DNA from: Dehalococcoidia bacterium
GTDB lineage: Bacteria; Chloroflexota; Dehalococcoidia; Dehalococcoidales; UBA1222
Assembly (NCBI GenBank): GCA_009779255.1
Contig: WREQ01000003.1
Span: 1-54,169, forward strand
Direction: 5' to 3'
DNA length: 54,169 nucleotides
The position numbers and the translations under genes are program-made. Each line of letters starts with the position of its first letter. The stretch's first letter is position 1. Positions 19,463 to 28,420 of this stretch are shown piece after piece. The notes under the pieces were generated by a model, which ran no database searches, was not told the DNA's origin, and worked only from the letters and a program-made list of their open reading frames with translations.

Positions 19463-20040
19463 CAAGTCCATCCTGTTGGTGACACAAGGCCGAAGGTAAT
19501 CAGTTTTCAGTGGTCAGTTATGAGTTTCGCACAAGTCCATCCTGGAGGGAGTGCAACGACCGAAGGATCTGGTGGCGGGGAGCGTAACCATCCACCACCC
19601 CACCAGATGCTTCGTCACTCGCAAGCTCGTTCCTCCAGCATGGATTTATGACCAAGTCCATCCTGGAGGGAGCGTAGCGACCGAAGGATCTGGAGGTATG
19701 GAGCAACCATCCGCCACCACACCGGATGCTATGACCAAGTCCATCCTGTTGGTGACACAAGGTCGAAAGTAATCAGTTTTCAGTGGTCAGTTTTCAGTTT
19801 CGTACAAGTCCATCCTGGAGGGAGCGCAGCGACCGAAGGATCTGGTGGCGGGGTGCAATCATCCGCCACTCCTCCGGATGCTTCGTCACTCGCAAGCTCA
19901 TTCCTCCAGCATGGATTTATGACCAAGTCCATCCTGGAGGGAGCGCAGCGACCGAAGGATCTGGTGGCGGGGAGCAATCATCCACCACCCCGCCGGATGC
20001 TTCGTCACTCGCAAGCTCGTTCCTCCAGCATGGATTTTTA
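19463..20040 (+). repeat. Composite tandem array of six hairpin-forming repeat units
   Basis: Every unit starts CAAGTCCATCCTG. Units are 19463-19531 (69 nt), 19532-19652 (121), 19653-19735 (83), 19736-19804 (69), 19805-19923 (119) and 19924-20040 (117). Confidence 0.9.
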
Positions 20041-20148
20041 CTTGCCCGTGGGCAAGGTCTCCCTTTTTGCCAAAGGGAGAAGTGTTCGGGGCAAGCCACG
20101 AGTGACATTGGGAGATGTATCGGCTGAAGGCTAAGAGCCTGAAGTATT

Positions 20149-22770
20149 TTATTTGGGCGGGGATTCCTCTGTCGACACCGCGGTCTTGACCGGCTGAACT
20201 TTGCGGTAAACTTCAGTGAACGGTTGAACCACCCCGTTTACCGTCAGCAAGTCTTTCTCTACTGAAATCCCAAACAGATTCTCATTCTTCATGAGATAAG
20301 GCAGTATGAGCGCCCAATCCGCCTGCGAAAGCGGCACTATTTCGCCGCCGTTAAGCTGCTTGTTCACCACTTTGCCGTGCGGGTCACGGAGATAGATGGC
20401 GCCTCCGGATGCCAGCGAAAACAGTTTTGAGCCGGGGTAAGGCGAAGGCAGCTCGCGCACCCTTCCGTTCTCGTCGAACTCCACGCCGTTTACGACAACG
20501 AACCCGCCGCCATTGAGCGGATTACCAGCCATGAAGGATTCTGCCAGAAAGTCCAGGCAGGTGCCGTTGATAACCACCTTTGGACAGCCTGAGGCGTTGG
20601 TCAGAGACCTTCCGGCGGCATTGCCCATGACATACGCCTCTCCGCCATTGGCTCCGCACATGAATGTCTGGCCGACGTCGCCATACACCACCAGTTTGCC
20701 GCGCTTCATAATCTGCCCTAGCTGATCCTGGGCACTGTCGTGTACGTAAATTTCAAGCCCGTCGATACCCGAAGCCAGATAGTCGCCGGAGGAATCATAG
20801 ACATCAATGCGCACGCCATTGGAATCATTGCCGAGGCCGCTTCCGGTGAAACGCTGTCCGCGATACCCATAACATATGAAACGCCGCCAGCCCATCTTGA
20901 AGGCATCTACGATATAGCGCGCATCGCATTCATCACCCTCAGGCGGAAAAGCGCGTGCATCCATCACCAGAACTTCCTCGTTTACGGATGGAGCGCGCAG
21001 GGAGGAGCGCCCTGCCCAGTCAAGCCGGCGATACCGCCCGGAGACAGCTGTATTGAAATCCGGAACCGTATCGAACATTTTCCGCAGTGCGTAACGCACA
21101 AGCTGAAGCACCGAACTGCGCTTTTTGGCGCCGGTGGCATAGCGGGCATCATTTAAATGCGTCAGGATTCCGATAGCCGCTGCGCACGCCTGGTCGCTCT
21201 GCCGACCGACTTTCTCCAGTTCGTAGCAAAGGAAAATCAACGAAGCATAATTCCACTGCGCCATGTTATTCGTGAAATAACGTAGCATCTCCGTATTATC
21301 CGCCCCGGACAGCGCGGCACGCACCGCCTGCGAAATCGTCTGGCGGCTCACTGGAGCATCATAATCAATGGGATGCTTAAACGGCTTCTGCCCGGACGGC
21401 ACGCTCACCGGCTCGCCGAACTTGTTGACGCAGGAAATGGTTTTTGAGCCATCTCCCCTGCCACTGTCGCGCATGGTGAATACGAACGCCCCGCCATCCG
21501 AGGCACTGCCACCGCGCGCATTCCAGTACTTGTCGGCGATGGGGCGGAAGCGGAGATCCTCACGTGAGAGATTTTCAAGAGTGGCATCAATAGCCTGCTT
21601 TTCGGAACATATCAGTCCGACTTGCACCTCGCCTTCCTGAAAGGCAAAAACTTGCGGACACAGCATCGAAGTATCAGTGATACCTATCAACTGGTGGGAA
21701 CGCTCATACGGATTGTTACGTGCAATGATGAAAAACCACGGGACGTCCGAAGAGGCCGGCAGATGCACGCTCTGAATATGTTTGTAAAAGCGCTGTTTTT
21801 GCGGCGGCAACTGGCCGAAGTCATACCCCAATGTAGGCGACATGGCTTCAGAGATATATTCCAACGGATAGCCAAAGGATGAGTTCCACAAGTCAAAGAG
21901 CTGCGCCGAAACCTCGGTATCGGGGAGAGGCTGCGAACGCGCGTTAAACTGGCGCAAATATTCGATGACGGCATGATAATTGGCGAGGTCACCATTGTGT
22001 ACCAGCGCCTCATCCATGCCGACAAACAGAGAAGCGCCTCCGGGATGCCAGACACTCCCCCTGGTGGGACACCACTGATGGGCGATCCAGCCGTGTGCTC
22101 TGAAGTTTTCCAGTTTGTAATACTGCACCACTTGCTCAGCGTACCCCACGACTTCCAATATCATCATGTCGCGTCCGTGCGAAAGCACAAAGGCACGTTT
22201 TTCTTTAAGCGCAGCATAGAATTTGTGATTTAGCCTGGCGGAATTAGAAGAAACGAACTCGTCTTCAGCCTTCCCGTCATCCAACCCGAAAAGATTCTTC
22301 TCCTCCACAAACGCTTTCATAACCTCCGGTTTGACACGCACAAAATAACGCACTACATCCGGCGGCCTGACCTCCAGACCGGATACATCCCTGTAATCTT
22401 CCAGACACGGCACTTCCACCGCCTTGTATACGTCAAAATGCGGGGTGATGAATTCGGCCTCAATATCAGGCCGCGCAGACGAGTCAAGTAGCGCCACTTG
22501 CAGCAGGTAGTGACTATCAAGCACATCCTGCGGCACGCCCAGATCCTCGACTGAAAGGCCTACAGCGGCAATACCGCCGCCCTCGCCGTTGCCGCGATTG
22601 TTCATCTGCACCGAAGGTACCGTGATATTCCTGCCACTGACCTTAACAGAGGCAATGAAACCGGTAACACCGCCTTCCTCCGTAGCCTTATTTTTACTAT
22701 CTGCGGCATAAGGCAACGCGGCACGGGGTGCAGCCAGTTTGTTGCTAATTGAAGCGTCGTATGGAGACAT
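20149..22770 (-). CDS. Glutamate synthase-related protein: class II (Ntn) glutamine amidotransferase-like domain fused to GXGXG domain
   Basis: 873 aa. The N-terminal half has class II GATase blocks (TGFIAS..., NRGNGEGGGIA, IAHQWCPTRGSVWHPGG...ALVHNGDLANY). The C-terminal part has the GltB domain-3 GXGXG pattern (YGYRGQRFTGSGLG...VYGDVGQTFMCGANGGEAYVMGNAGR...). Confidence 0.8.
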   Translation of the reverse strand: MSPYDASISNKLAAPRAALPYAADSKNKATEEGGVTGFIASVKVSGRNITVPSVQMNNRGNGEGGGIAAVGLSVEDLGVPQDVLDSHYLLQVALLDSSARPDIEAEFITPHFDVYKAVEVPCLEDYRDVSGLEVRPPDVVRYFVRVKPEVMKAFVEEKNLFGLDDGKAEDEFVSSNSARLNHKFYAALKEKRAFVLSHGRDMMILEVVGYAEQVVQYYKLENFRAHGWIAHQWCPTRGSVWHPGGASLFVGMDEALVHNGDLANYHAVIEYLRQFNARSQPLPDTEVSAQLFDLWNSSFGYPLEYISEAMSPTLGYDFGQLPPQKQRFYKHIQSVHLPASSDVPWFFIIARNNPYERSHQLIGITDTSMLCPQVFAFQEGEVQVGLICSEKQAIDATLENLSREDLRFRPIADKYWNARGGSASDGGAFVFTMRDSGRGDGSKTISCVNKFGEPVSVPSGQKPFKHPIDYDAPVSRQTISQAVRAALSGADNTEMLRYFTNNMAQWNYASLIFLCYELEKVGRQSDQACAAAIGILTHLNDARYATGAKKRSSVLQLVRYALRKMFDTVPDFNTAVSGRYRRLDWAGRSSLRAPSVNEEVLVMDARAFPPEGDECDARYIVDAFKMGWRRFICYGYRGQRFTGSGLGNDSNGVRIDVYDSSGDYLASGIDGLEIYVHDSAQDQLGQIMKRGKLVVYGDVGQTFMCGANGGEAYVMGNAAGRSLTNASGCPKVVINGTCLDFLAESFMAGNPLNGGGFVVVNGVEFDENGRVRELPSPYPGSKLFSLASGGAIYLRDPHGKVVNKQLNGGEIVPLSQADWALILPYLMKNENLFGISVEKDLLTVNGVVQPFTEVYRKVQPVKTAVSTEESPPK

Positions 22771-22974
22771 GTTTTTTATAAATCACCATCTTTTTCTGCA
22801 AGGCAGCAGAAATTACGTATTCGGCTTCAGCCCTTACCAACTGCCATCAGCCGTTTACAGAAACTAAAATATACATCCAGCCACACCTGGATTGTCAAAT
22901 AAAATTGTCTGCTTTGCCAAAGAGCATTGCCCCAGATTCAGACGTAAAAAACAGACTGTCACCAACTGCCTGCC

Positions 22975-23664
22975 TTACGGCTGCCCTTCTCCACCCGTCC
23001 TCTTTAGCAATTCATCAAACGCGGCGAACCATTTGACCTTTATATCGTCAGACCAAGACGGATCAAAGCCGGGAAACTTATCTATTAGCAATTTGTCCAA
23101 AGTAATTCCATTTGGAATTGGAATTGCCTGTTTTGGAATTTCTGTCCGGTTTTTGTCCGATAGTCGGGATTGCCTCTTTGCCCCCAACTGAGGGCGCGCC
23201 GTCCGCGCTTTCTTGGTTATAAAGGGAGAGAGCTTCATTCCGCCATCGTTGCTCAGCCCGATGAAGAACTTGATACATTTGCGCGCCACGTCGTTGGCCA
23301 GTTGGTAATTTGCGCGGAAGCATTCCTCCAACTGTGCGTATGTAACCGCGGACGGATCCAGCTGGCTGTCGAAGAAAAAGCCGTATGATTCCTGCGCAAC
23401 CTGCTTCAGAAGCGCTACCCTGGCAACCCCGCTGCTGCCCACCAACTGCCTAAGCTTGAGCGTCGGAAATCCGCTGATATCGATAAGATCGAGGAAGCGC
23501 AAGGCGGACACAAGCTGCATACCAGTACTGCCCGACAGCCTTTCACCCCAGTAGCTACGGTCAATGCGCGCTGGCACGGCTTGCTGCATCCCTTCAAGGA
23601 AGTTCAAAAATGTACGATAGGAAACATACGGGGGCAGCAGCTTTTTTGAAGACGCAGATAACAT
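22975..23664 (-). CDS. Hypothetical protein, possibly DUF5343-like
   Basis: The ORF track gives 22975-23904. I prefer the internal start MLSASSKKLLPPYVSYRTFLNFLEG... at 23664, because the upstream 80 codons overlap a better-supported divergent small ORF. The N-terminal pattern (PPYVSY.TF..FL......P.RIDRSYW...SGS....L.SALRFL.LID..G.PT) resembles DUF5343 from memory and has not been checked. The SD at 23664 is weak. Confidence 0.55.
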   Translation of the reverse strand: MLSASSKKLLPPYVSYRTFLNFLEGMQQAVPARIDRSYWGERLSGSTGMQLVSALRFLDLIDISGFPTLKLRQLVGSSGVARVALLKQVAQESYGFFFDSQLDPSAVTYAQLEECFRANYQLANDVARKCIKFFIGLSNDGGMKLSPFITKKARTARPQLGAKRQSRLSDKNRTEIPKQAIPIPNGITLDKLLIDKFPGFDPSWSDDIKVKWFAAFDELLKRTGGEGQP

Positions 23665-23818
23665 CTCTCCAATTTTAGGACAATCACACCATAAAATGCA
23701 ACGTGGACAAATTTTTTCAGAAACGGAATCCGGAAGGACGATTTTGGACAGTTTTTGACCGGTGCTTTTGTGGTGCCTAATATTAGGGTAAATATTTTTG
23801 AGCAGGAGGAACAAGAGC

Positions 23819-24028
23819 ATGGGAGCAGCAATCGAGTACCAAAAACAGATGACTGAAATCGTCCACATCAACCTGCCAGGACCGGAAGAGCCGACCCCAG
23901 GCATGAGCGGGGGCGAACTGCTACACGGATTTCTTGCAGATCTCTATCGCAGTAATAGCTCGGAGGTCAAGAATTACATCAACTCCCTGTGCCTCAAGTG
24001 GAACGTCCACTACCGCGAGCACAAATAG
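23819..24028 (+). CDS. Small hypothetical protein (69 aa)
   Basis: The ATG at 23819 is preceded by a strong SD AGGAGGA (23804-23810, 8-nt spacing). No recognisable domain. Lies 73 nt upstream of ftsA. Confidence 0.4.
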   Translation: MGAAIEYQKQMTEIVHINLPGPEEPTPGMSGGELLHGFLADLYRSNSSEVKNYINSLCLKWNVHYREHK

Positions 24029-24101
24029 GCGACAAGCCTACAATAATGTAGAGGCTTAACATTCATCAGGAAATGAACAGAAATTTTCCGTACTGGAGGA
24101 G

Positions 24102-25328
24102 ATGCATCCGGTGAAAAGACAGAAACTCGCCGCTATTGATGTCGGCACTTACAAGATTTGCACCGTAATGGCTGATACCGATGGCGAGGACTTGCGCATT
24201 CTCGGTGTTGGAGTAGCACCGTCCGGCGGACTGCAAAAAGGAATGGTCATCAACCTGAACGACGCCATGGAGGCCATCCGCCAGTCCGTTAAATCAGCCG
24301 AGCAGGCCGTAGGCTACAAACTTAACTCAGCCATAGTGAGCATTACCGGCCGGCATATCACATCGATAAACAACCGTGGGGTAATCGCCATCACCTCCGA
24401 CAAACAGATAGTAAAACCGGACGACGTTCAGAGAGTGCTGAATGTCGCTAAGAACTCAAATGTCGGCGGCCCCGGCGCCACCATGTTGCATATGATTCCG
24501 CAGAAGTACGCCGTTGACGGCCAGGTTGGAATCAAGAATCCAGTCGGAATGCATGGTTTCCGTCTGGATGTAGATACACATATCGTCAACGCCGCCTCCG
24601 CGTCCGTGGAAAATCTCACCAAGTGCGTTAAGGGCGCAGGGATTGAGATAGAACAAATGGTATTCTCCCCGCTGGCAGGCGCCGAAGCCGTGCTGACAGC
24701 GGATGAAAAGCAAACCGGCGTCATAATGGCGGACATCGGCGGCGGCACTACAGGGATAGCCGCTTACCAAGACGGAAACATTTTCCACACCTCGGTGCTG
24801 CCGGTCGCCGGTCATGCCATAACACATGACATATCGGTAGGCCTGGGGGTAGCGGCGGAACTTGCCGAAGAAATAAAACTGAAATACGGGAGCGTTGGCC
24901 CGGGTGAGGATAATTTCGCGGAGCGCACACTGACGGAAGGCGGGTGCATCGTGCCTTATGCCGAGCTGTACGAAATAATCCGAACCCGCGTGGAGGAACT
25001 GCTACGGCTGATACTGCTTGAGCTTCCAGCCGATTACAGCAAGTACATCCGCTCCGGTGTCGTACTTACAGGCGGCACTGCCAACCTGTCGGGCATTGCG
25101 GAGCTGGGGCTTGAAATCACCCATCTGCCAGTCCGCATAGGCATTCCACCGCAACTCTACGGTGTTTCCGACAGCCTTATGGATCCATCCTGTGCAGCCG
25201 TAACAGGACTGCTTCTATGGAACCAGTCACATCCGGAAACAATGAACCTTGTTGAAAGCGGTCAGCCGCATAACAGCCTTTTCTCGGAACTGGCCGGACT
25301 CTTTGGTCGTAAGCAAACACCCAGATAA
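24102..25328 (+). CDS. ftsA: Cell division protein FtsA
   Basis: 408 aa, actin-like ATPase motifs (AAIDVGTYKICTV, DIGGGTTGIA), directly upstream of ftsZ. Confidence 0.93.
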   Translation: MHPVKRQKLAAIDVGTYKICTVMADTDGEDLRILGVGVAPSGGLQKGMVINLNDAMEAIRQSVKSAEQAVGYKLNSAIVSITGRHITSINNRGVIAITSDKQIVKPDDVQRVLNVAKNSNVGGPGATMLHMIPQKYAVDGQVGIKNPVGMHGFRLDVDTHIVNAASASVENLTKCVKGAGIEIEQMVFSPLAGAEAVLTADEKQTGVIMADIGGGTTGIAAYQDGNIFHTSVLPVAGHAITHDISVGLGVAAELAEEIKLKYGSVGPGEDNFAERTLTEGGCIVPYAELYEIIRTRVEELLRLILLELPADYSKYIRSGVVLTGGTANLSGIAELGLEITHLPVRIGIPPQLYGVSDSLMDPSCAAVTGLLLWNQSHPETMNLVESGQPHNSLFSELAGLFGRKQTPR

Positions 25329-25358
25329 ATTTAAATTTGGAGAGGTAGCAAAAAAAAG

Positions 25359-26507
25359 ATGGCTAAAACGATTTACGTGCAGAGTGGTGCGAAAATTAGG
25401 GTAGTCGGCTGCGGCGGCGGCGGATGCAATGCTGTAACACGCATGGTGCGCGAACAAGTCCGTGGCGTTGAATTCATCGCCATGAACACAGACGCGCAGG
25501 CTCTCGCCATAACTGAGGCTCCCGTACGCATCCAGCTTGGAGAAAAGAACACCCGCGGCCTCGGCTCCGGCGGCGACAATAAGGTAGGACACGCCGCGGC
25601 TGAAGAAAGCCGTGATGAAATCCGCAAGGCTATCGCCGGCTCAGACATGATTTTCATCACCGCCGGCATGGGCGGCGGCACTGGCACCGGTTCGGCGCCG
25701 GTAGTGGCCAAAATCGCCAAGGAAATGGGCACCCTGACCATCGCTGTAGTCACCAAGCCTTTTGCTTTCGAAGGCACGCACCGTATGAAGGTCGCCGAGG
25801 AAGGCATCGCCGAACTCATGCCAAACGTTGATACACTGGTACTCATACCAAACGACAGGCTGTTCGACATCTGTGATCAGAAAACTGGAGTTGACGGCGC
25901 CTTCCGCATGGCGGATGAAGTGTTGTGCAACGGTGTTCAGGCAATAGCTGAAGTTATCACCGTCCCCGGCCTGATCAATCTTGACTTCGCCGATGTGAGT
26001 TCAGTAATGAAGAACGCCGGCCCGGCGTGGATGTCGATCGGACACGGGTCTGGTACCAACCGCGCGGCTGATGCCGCCAAAAAAGCGTTACAAAGCCCCC
26101 TGCTTGATGTTTCCATCGAAGGCTCCAAAGGCGTTATTTTCAATATTGCCGGCGACAGTTCACTGACATTGTATGAAGTCAATGCCGCCGCAGACATCAT
26201 CCGCAAAGCCGTAGATCCTGACGCCAACGTCATCTTCGGGGTATTGCTTGATTCCAACATGGGCAACGAAGTCCGCCTGACGCTTATCGCCACCGGCTTC
26301 AACACCAGAGACGGTATGGCCAGCGCCACCCGCGAACGGGAGATCTTCCGCGCACTCAAAAACCTGAAGTCAGAAGACGAACTGGAAGTGCCCTCTTTTA
26401 TGCGCCAGCGAAGCGCACTGGCCAGCCGACGCCTCGACACGGTTAGCAACGCTCCGCCCCAATACGCTGGAATGGGAACGGGCATGTCACGTCGCCCGAT
26501 GCGCTAA
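25359..26507 (+). CDS. ftsZ: Cell division protein FtsZ
   Basis: 382 aa with the tubulin signature GGGTGTG in ITAGMGGGTGTGSAPVVA, NTDAQAL and a conserved C-terminal peptide region. Confidence 0.96.
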   Translation: MAKTIYVQSGAKIRVVGCGGGGCNAVTRMVREQVRGVEFIAMNTDAQALAITEAPVRIQLGEKNTRGLGSGGDNKVGHAAAEESRDEIRKAIAGSDMIFITAGMGGGTGTGSAPVVAKIAKEMGTLTIAVVTKPFAFEGTHRMKVAEEGIAELMPNVDTLVLIPNDRLFDICDQKTGVDGAFRMADEVLCNGVQAIAEVITVPGLINLDFADVSSVMKNAGPAWMSIGHGSGTNRAADAAKKALQSPLLDVSIEGSKGVIFNIAGDSSLTLYEVNAAADIIRKAVDPDANVIFGVLLDSNMGNEVRLTLIATGFNTRDGMASATREREIFRALKNLKSEDELEVPSFMRQRSALASRRLDTVSNAPPQYAGMGTGMSRRPMR

Positions 26508-26525
26508 CACCCGCCCTGCTCTTGC

Positions 26526-26553
26526 GGGGGGGAGGGGATACCCCCTCCCCCCC
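26526..26553. terminator. G/C-tract hairpin between convergent ftsZ and the iscU-like gene
   Basis: GGGGGGGAGGGG ata CCCCCTCCCCCCC. There is no clear U-run, so function is uncertain. Confidence 0.35.
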
Positions 26554-26646
26554 GTTGCTCCTGCCAGTTGATGCCATGACTATCCAATACGGCATCTCTG
26601 CTTGTCCCCATTGGTTATGTCAATTACACAGCGTAAACGCCGGCGG

Positions 26647-27087
26647 TTATTGGCCGGAATAATCGTTGACGGCCGCCTTGATGGTGTCAACCGCCAGTTG
26701 AGCGCAGTGGAGGTCCTCCTCCGGCAGTCCCTGAAGTTCGTCGACAACCTGCTGCGGCGTAATCGCCAGTGCCTCCTGGAGTGTTTTGCCGCGAACCATC
26801 TCCGTTATCATGCTGGCGCAGGCAGTACAGGTAATGCAGTCATCAGTTGTGAAAGCAGCGCCGGTTATGCGGCCATCCTCGATTTTCAGCCAGATGGCCA
26901 TGGTTTCATCCAACTCATCATTGATAATGCCAAAGCTGGAATGATTCGCCAGTTCACTTGCATTGCGCGGAAACACCATATGGTCCGCGGCAACCTCCGA
27001 ATACACCTGGCGATAGGTTTCTTTCAGAGCCGCCCAGTATTTATCCAGCGCGCCTTCACCGATTTTGTCAGCCAATCCAGATACCAC
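26647..27087 (-). CDS. IscU/NifU N-terminal-like Fe-S scaffold domain protein
   Basis: 146 aa with ...GRITGAAFTTDDCITCTACASMITEMVRGKTLQEAL...LPEEDLHCAQLAVDTIKAA. An N-terminal extension is present, and the first conserved Cys of canonical IscU is not evident. Confidence 0.7.
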   Translation of the reverse strand: MVSGLADKIGEGALDKYWAALKETYRQVYSEVAADHMVFPRNASELANHSSFGIINDELDETMAIWLKIEDGRITGAAFTTDDCITCTACASMITEMVRGKTLQEALAITPQQVVDELQGLPEEDLHCAQLAVDTIKAAVNDYSGQ

Positions 27088-27241
27088 CTTTCGCAGTCTT
27101 TACGGCTACAGTTTATACAATATACGACATTCCGGCAAGCGGCTATGCAAGCCCAATACACATTGGACGTGTCAGCGGGACATGTATCTAAAAAGTCTTG
27201 TTGAAAATTGTTGACGAGGATATCCTTGGACGGGAATGCCC

Positions 27242-28288
27242 TTAAGCTAACTGAAACGGTATTCCATTTTCCACGCAATACTGGTGGGCGTAAGAATTTG
27301 GGGGGCAGGTGACGGTGATGGAGCATCCGGCAAAAGCACTAGCGCTAATATGGGTCACGCTGCTTGGTATTGTTATGGTAAAAAAACCGGAGCCAAGGAA
27401 CGCATTATCGCCGATGCTGGTTACGCCATCAGATATAAACACGGATGTTAGCCCAGAGCAATCGTTGAAAGCATGACTTCCGATACTGATTACGCTACTT
27501 GGAATGACTATTTCTTCCAGGCTTCTGCATTGAGAGAAAGTATTCTTGTTGATATTGATTAAGCCGTCTGGGATGGTTACGCCTGTTAGCCTGTAACATC
27601 CTGCGAAAGCATAACCATCAATACTCGTTACGCTGTTTGGTATGATTATGCTGGTTAAGTTGCGACACTCAAGAAAGGCGCCATCGCCAATGCTTGTTAC
27701 ACCAGCCAGTATTGTCACGGCTGTTAGGCTACGACAATAGGAAAAGGCGCCATAGCCAATGCTTGTTACACTGCCTGGGATGGTTATGGTAAAAAGTCCG
27801 GAGCTACTGAAAGCATAATCGCCGATGCTGGTTACGCTATCCGGTATAGTTATATCTGTTAGTTGCAAACGACCATTGAAGGCGTTATCGCCAATACTTG
27901 TTACACTGTCCGGTATAGTTATATTCGTCAGGTTGCAACTAGCGAAAGCTCTATCGCCAATGCTTGTTATCCTTTTGCCATCTATTTCTTTTGGGATTAT
28001 GACGTGCTCGTCTGTCCCCTTGTATCTAGTTATGGTTATATCGTCACCATTGATTATGTAGTCAAAATCCGAAGCAGGATTTGGCTCAGTTCTGGGCGGA
28101 TCATCCGGTGTAGGCATTGGAGGTGTTGGGGACGGCTGATATATGCTGGTTATCGGAGTGGTTGATTTACTCGGTGTAATTGATGACACAGACGATTCCG
28201 ACGACGACTCGTCTACGCTACATGAGGCTGCGCAAATCAGTATGCACACAGCCGCCATGACGCTGATAAATGCCTTAAGATTAACCAC
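27242..28288 (-). CDS. BspA-type leucine-rich repeat lipoprotein
   Basis: 348 aa with a signal peptide and lipobox (ICAASC) and a Ser/Thr/Pro-rich linker. About 10 repeats follow, of the form IPDSVTSIGDxAFxxCxxLTxITI. Confidence 0.8.
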   Translation of the reverse strand: MVNLKAFISVMAAVCILICAASCSVDESSSESSVSSITPSKSTTPITSIYQPSPTPPMPTPDDPPRTEPNPASDFDYIINGDDITITRYKGTDEHVIIPKEIDGKRITSIGDRAFASCNLTNITIPDSVTSIGDNAFNGRLQLTDITIPDSVTSIGDYAFSSSGLFTITIPGSVTSIGYGAFSYCRSLTAVTILAGVTSIGDGAFLECRNLTSIIIPNSVTSIDGYAFAGCYRLTGVTIPDGLININKNTFSQCRSLEEIVIPSSVISIGSHAFNDCSGLTSVFISDGVTSIGDNAFLGSGFFTITIPSSVTHISASAFAGCSITVTCPPNSYAHQYCVENGIPFQLA

Positions 28289-28381
28289 CGCTCAAGCCTC
28301 AATATGTGAAGGTTAAACCATAGTAAATGGCGAATCCGCCTGTGGCTTAAACGTAGCAGACCTAAAGCAGGGTTGTCAACA

Positions 28382-28419
28382 GGCTGTATGAGTCCAATAT
28401 GTGTTGGGCTTGTACAGCC
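28382..28419 (+). repeat. Copy 3 of conserved hairpin element (longest stem)
   Basis: GGCTGTATGAGTCC aatatgtgtt GGGCTTGTACAGCC forms a 14-bp stem if G-T pairs are allowed on the plus strand. It ends 2 nt from the nadE stop codon. Confidence 0.85.
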
Positions 28420-28420
28420 C

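Noticed and set aside
23665-23904. N-terminal 80 codons of ORF 22975-23904
   Set aside because: This part is hydrophobic/Cys-rich with no continuity to the DUF5343-like pattern. It lies antisense to a small ORF with an excellent SD. Still uncertain, because the SD for the 23664 start is poor.
27152-27168. Possible fifth, inverted and degenerate copy of the hairpin element (CCAATACACATTGGAC) on the 3' side of the LRR gene
   Set aside because: It gives only 13 of 16 matches to the reverse complement of the core. By a rough calculation, a match of that quality is expected by chance about once in a window of this size, so it cannot be counted without genome-wide statistics.
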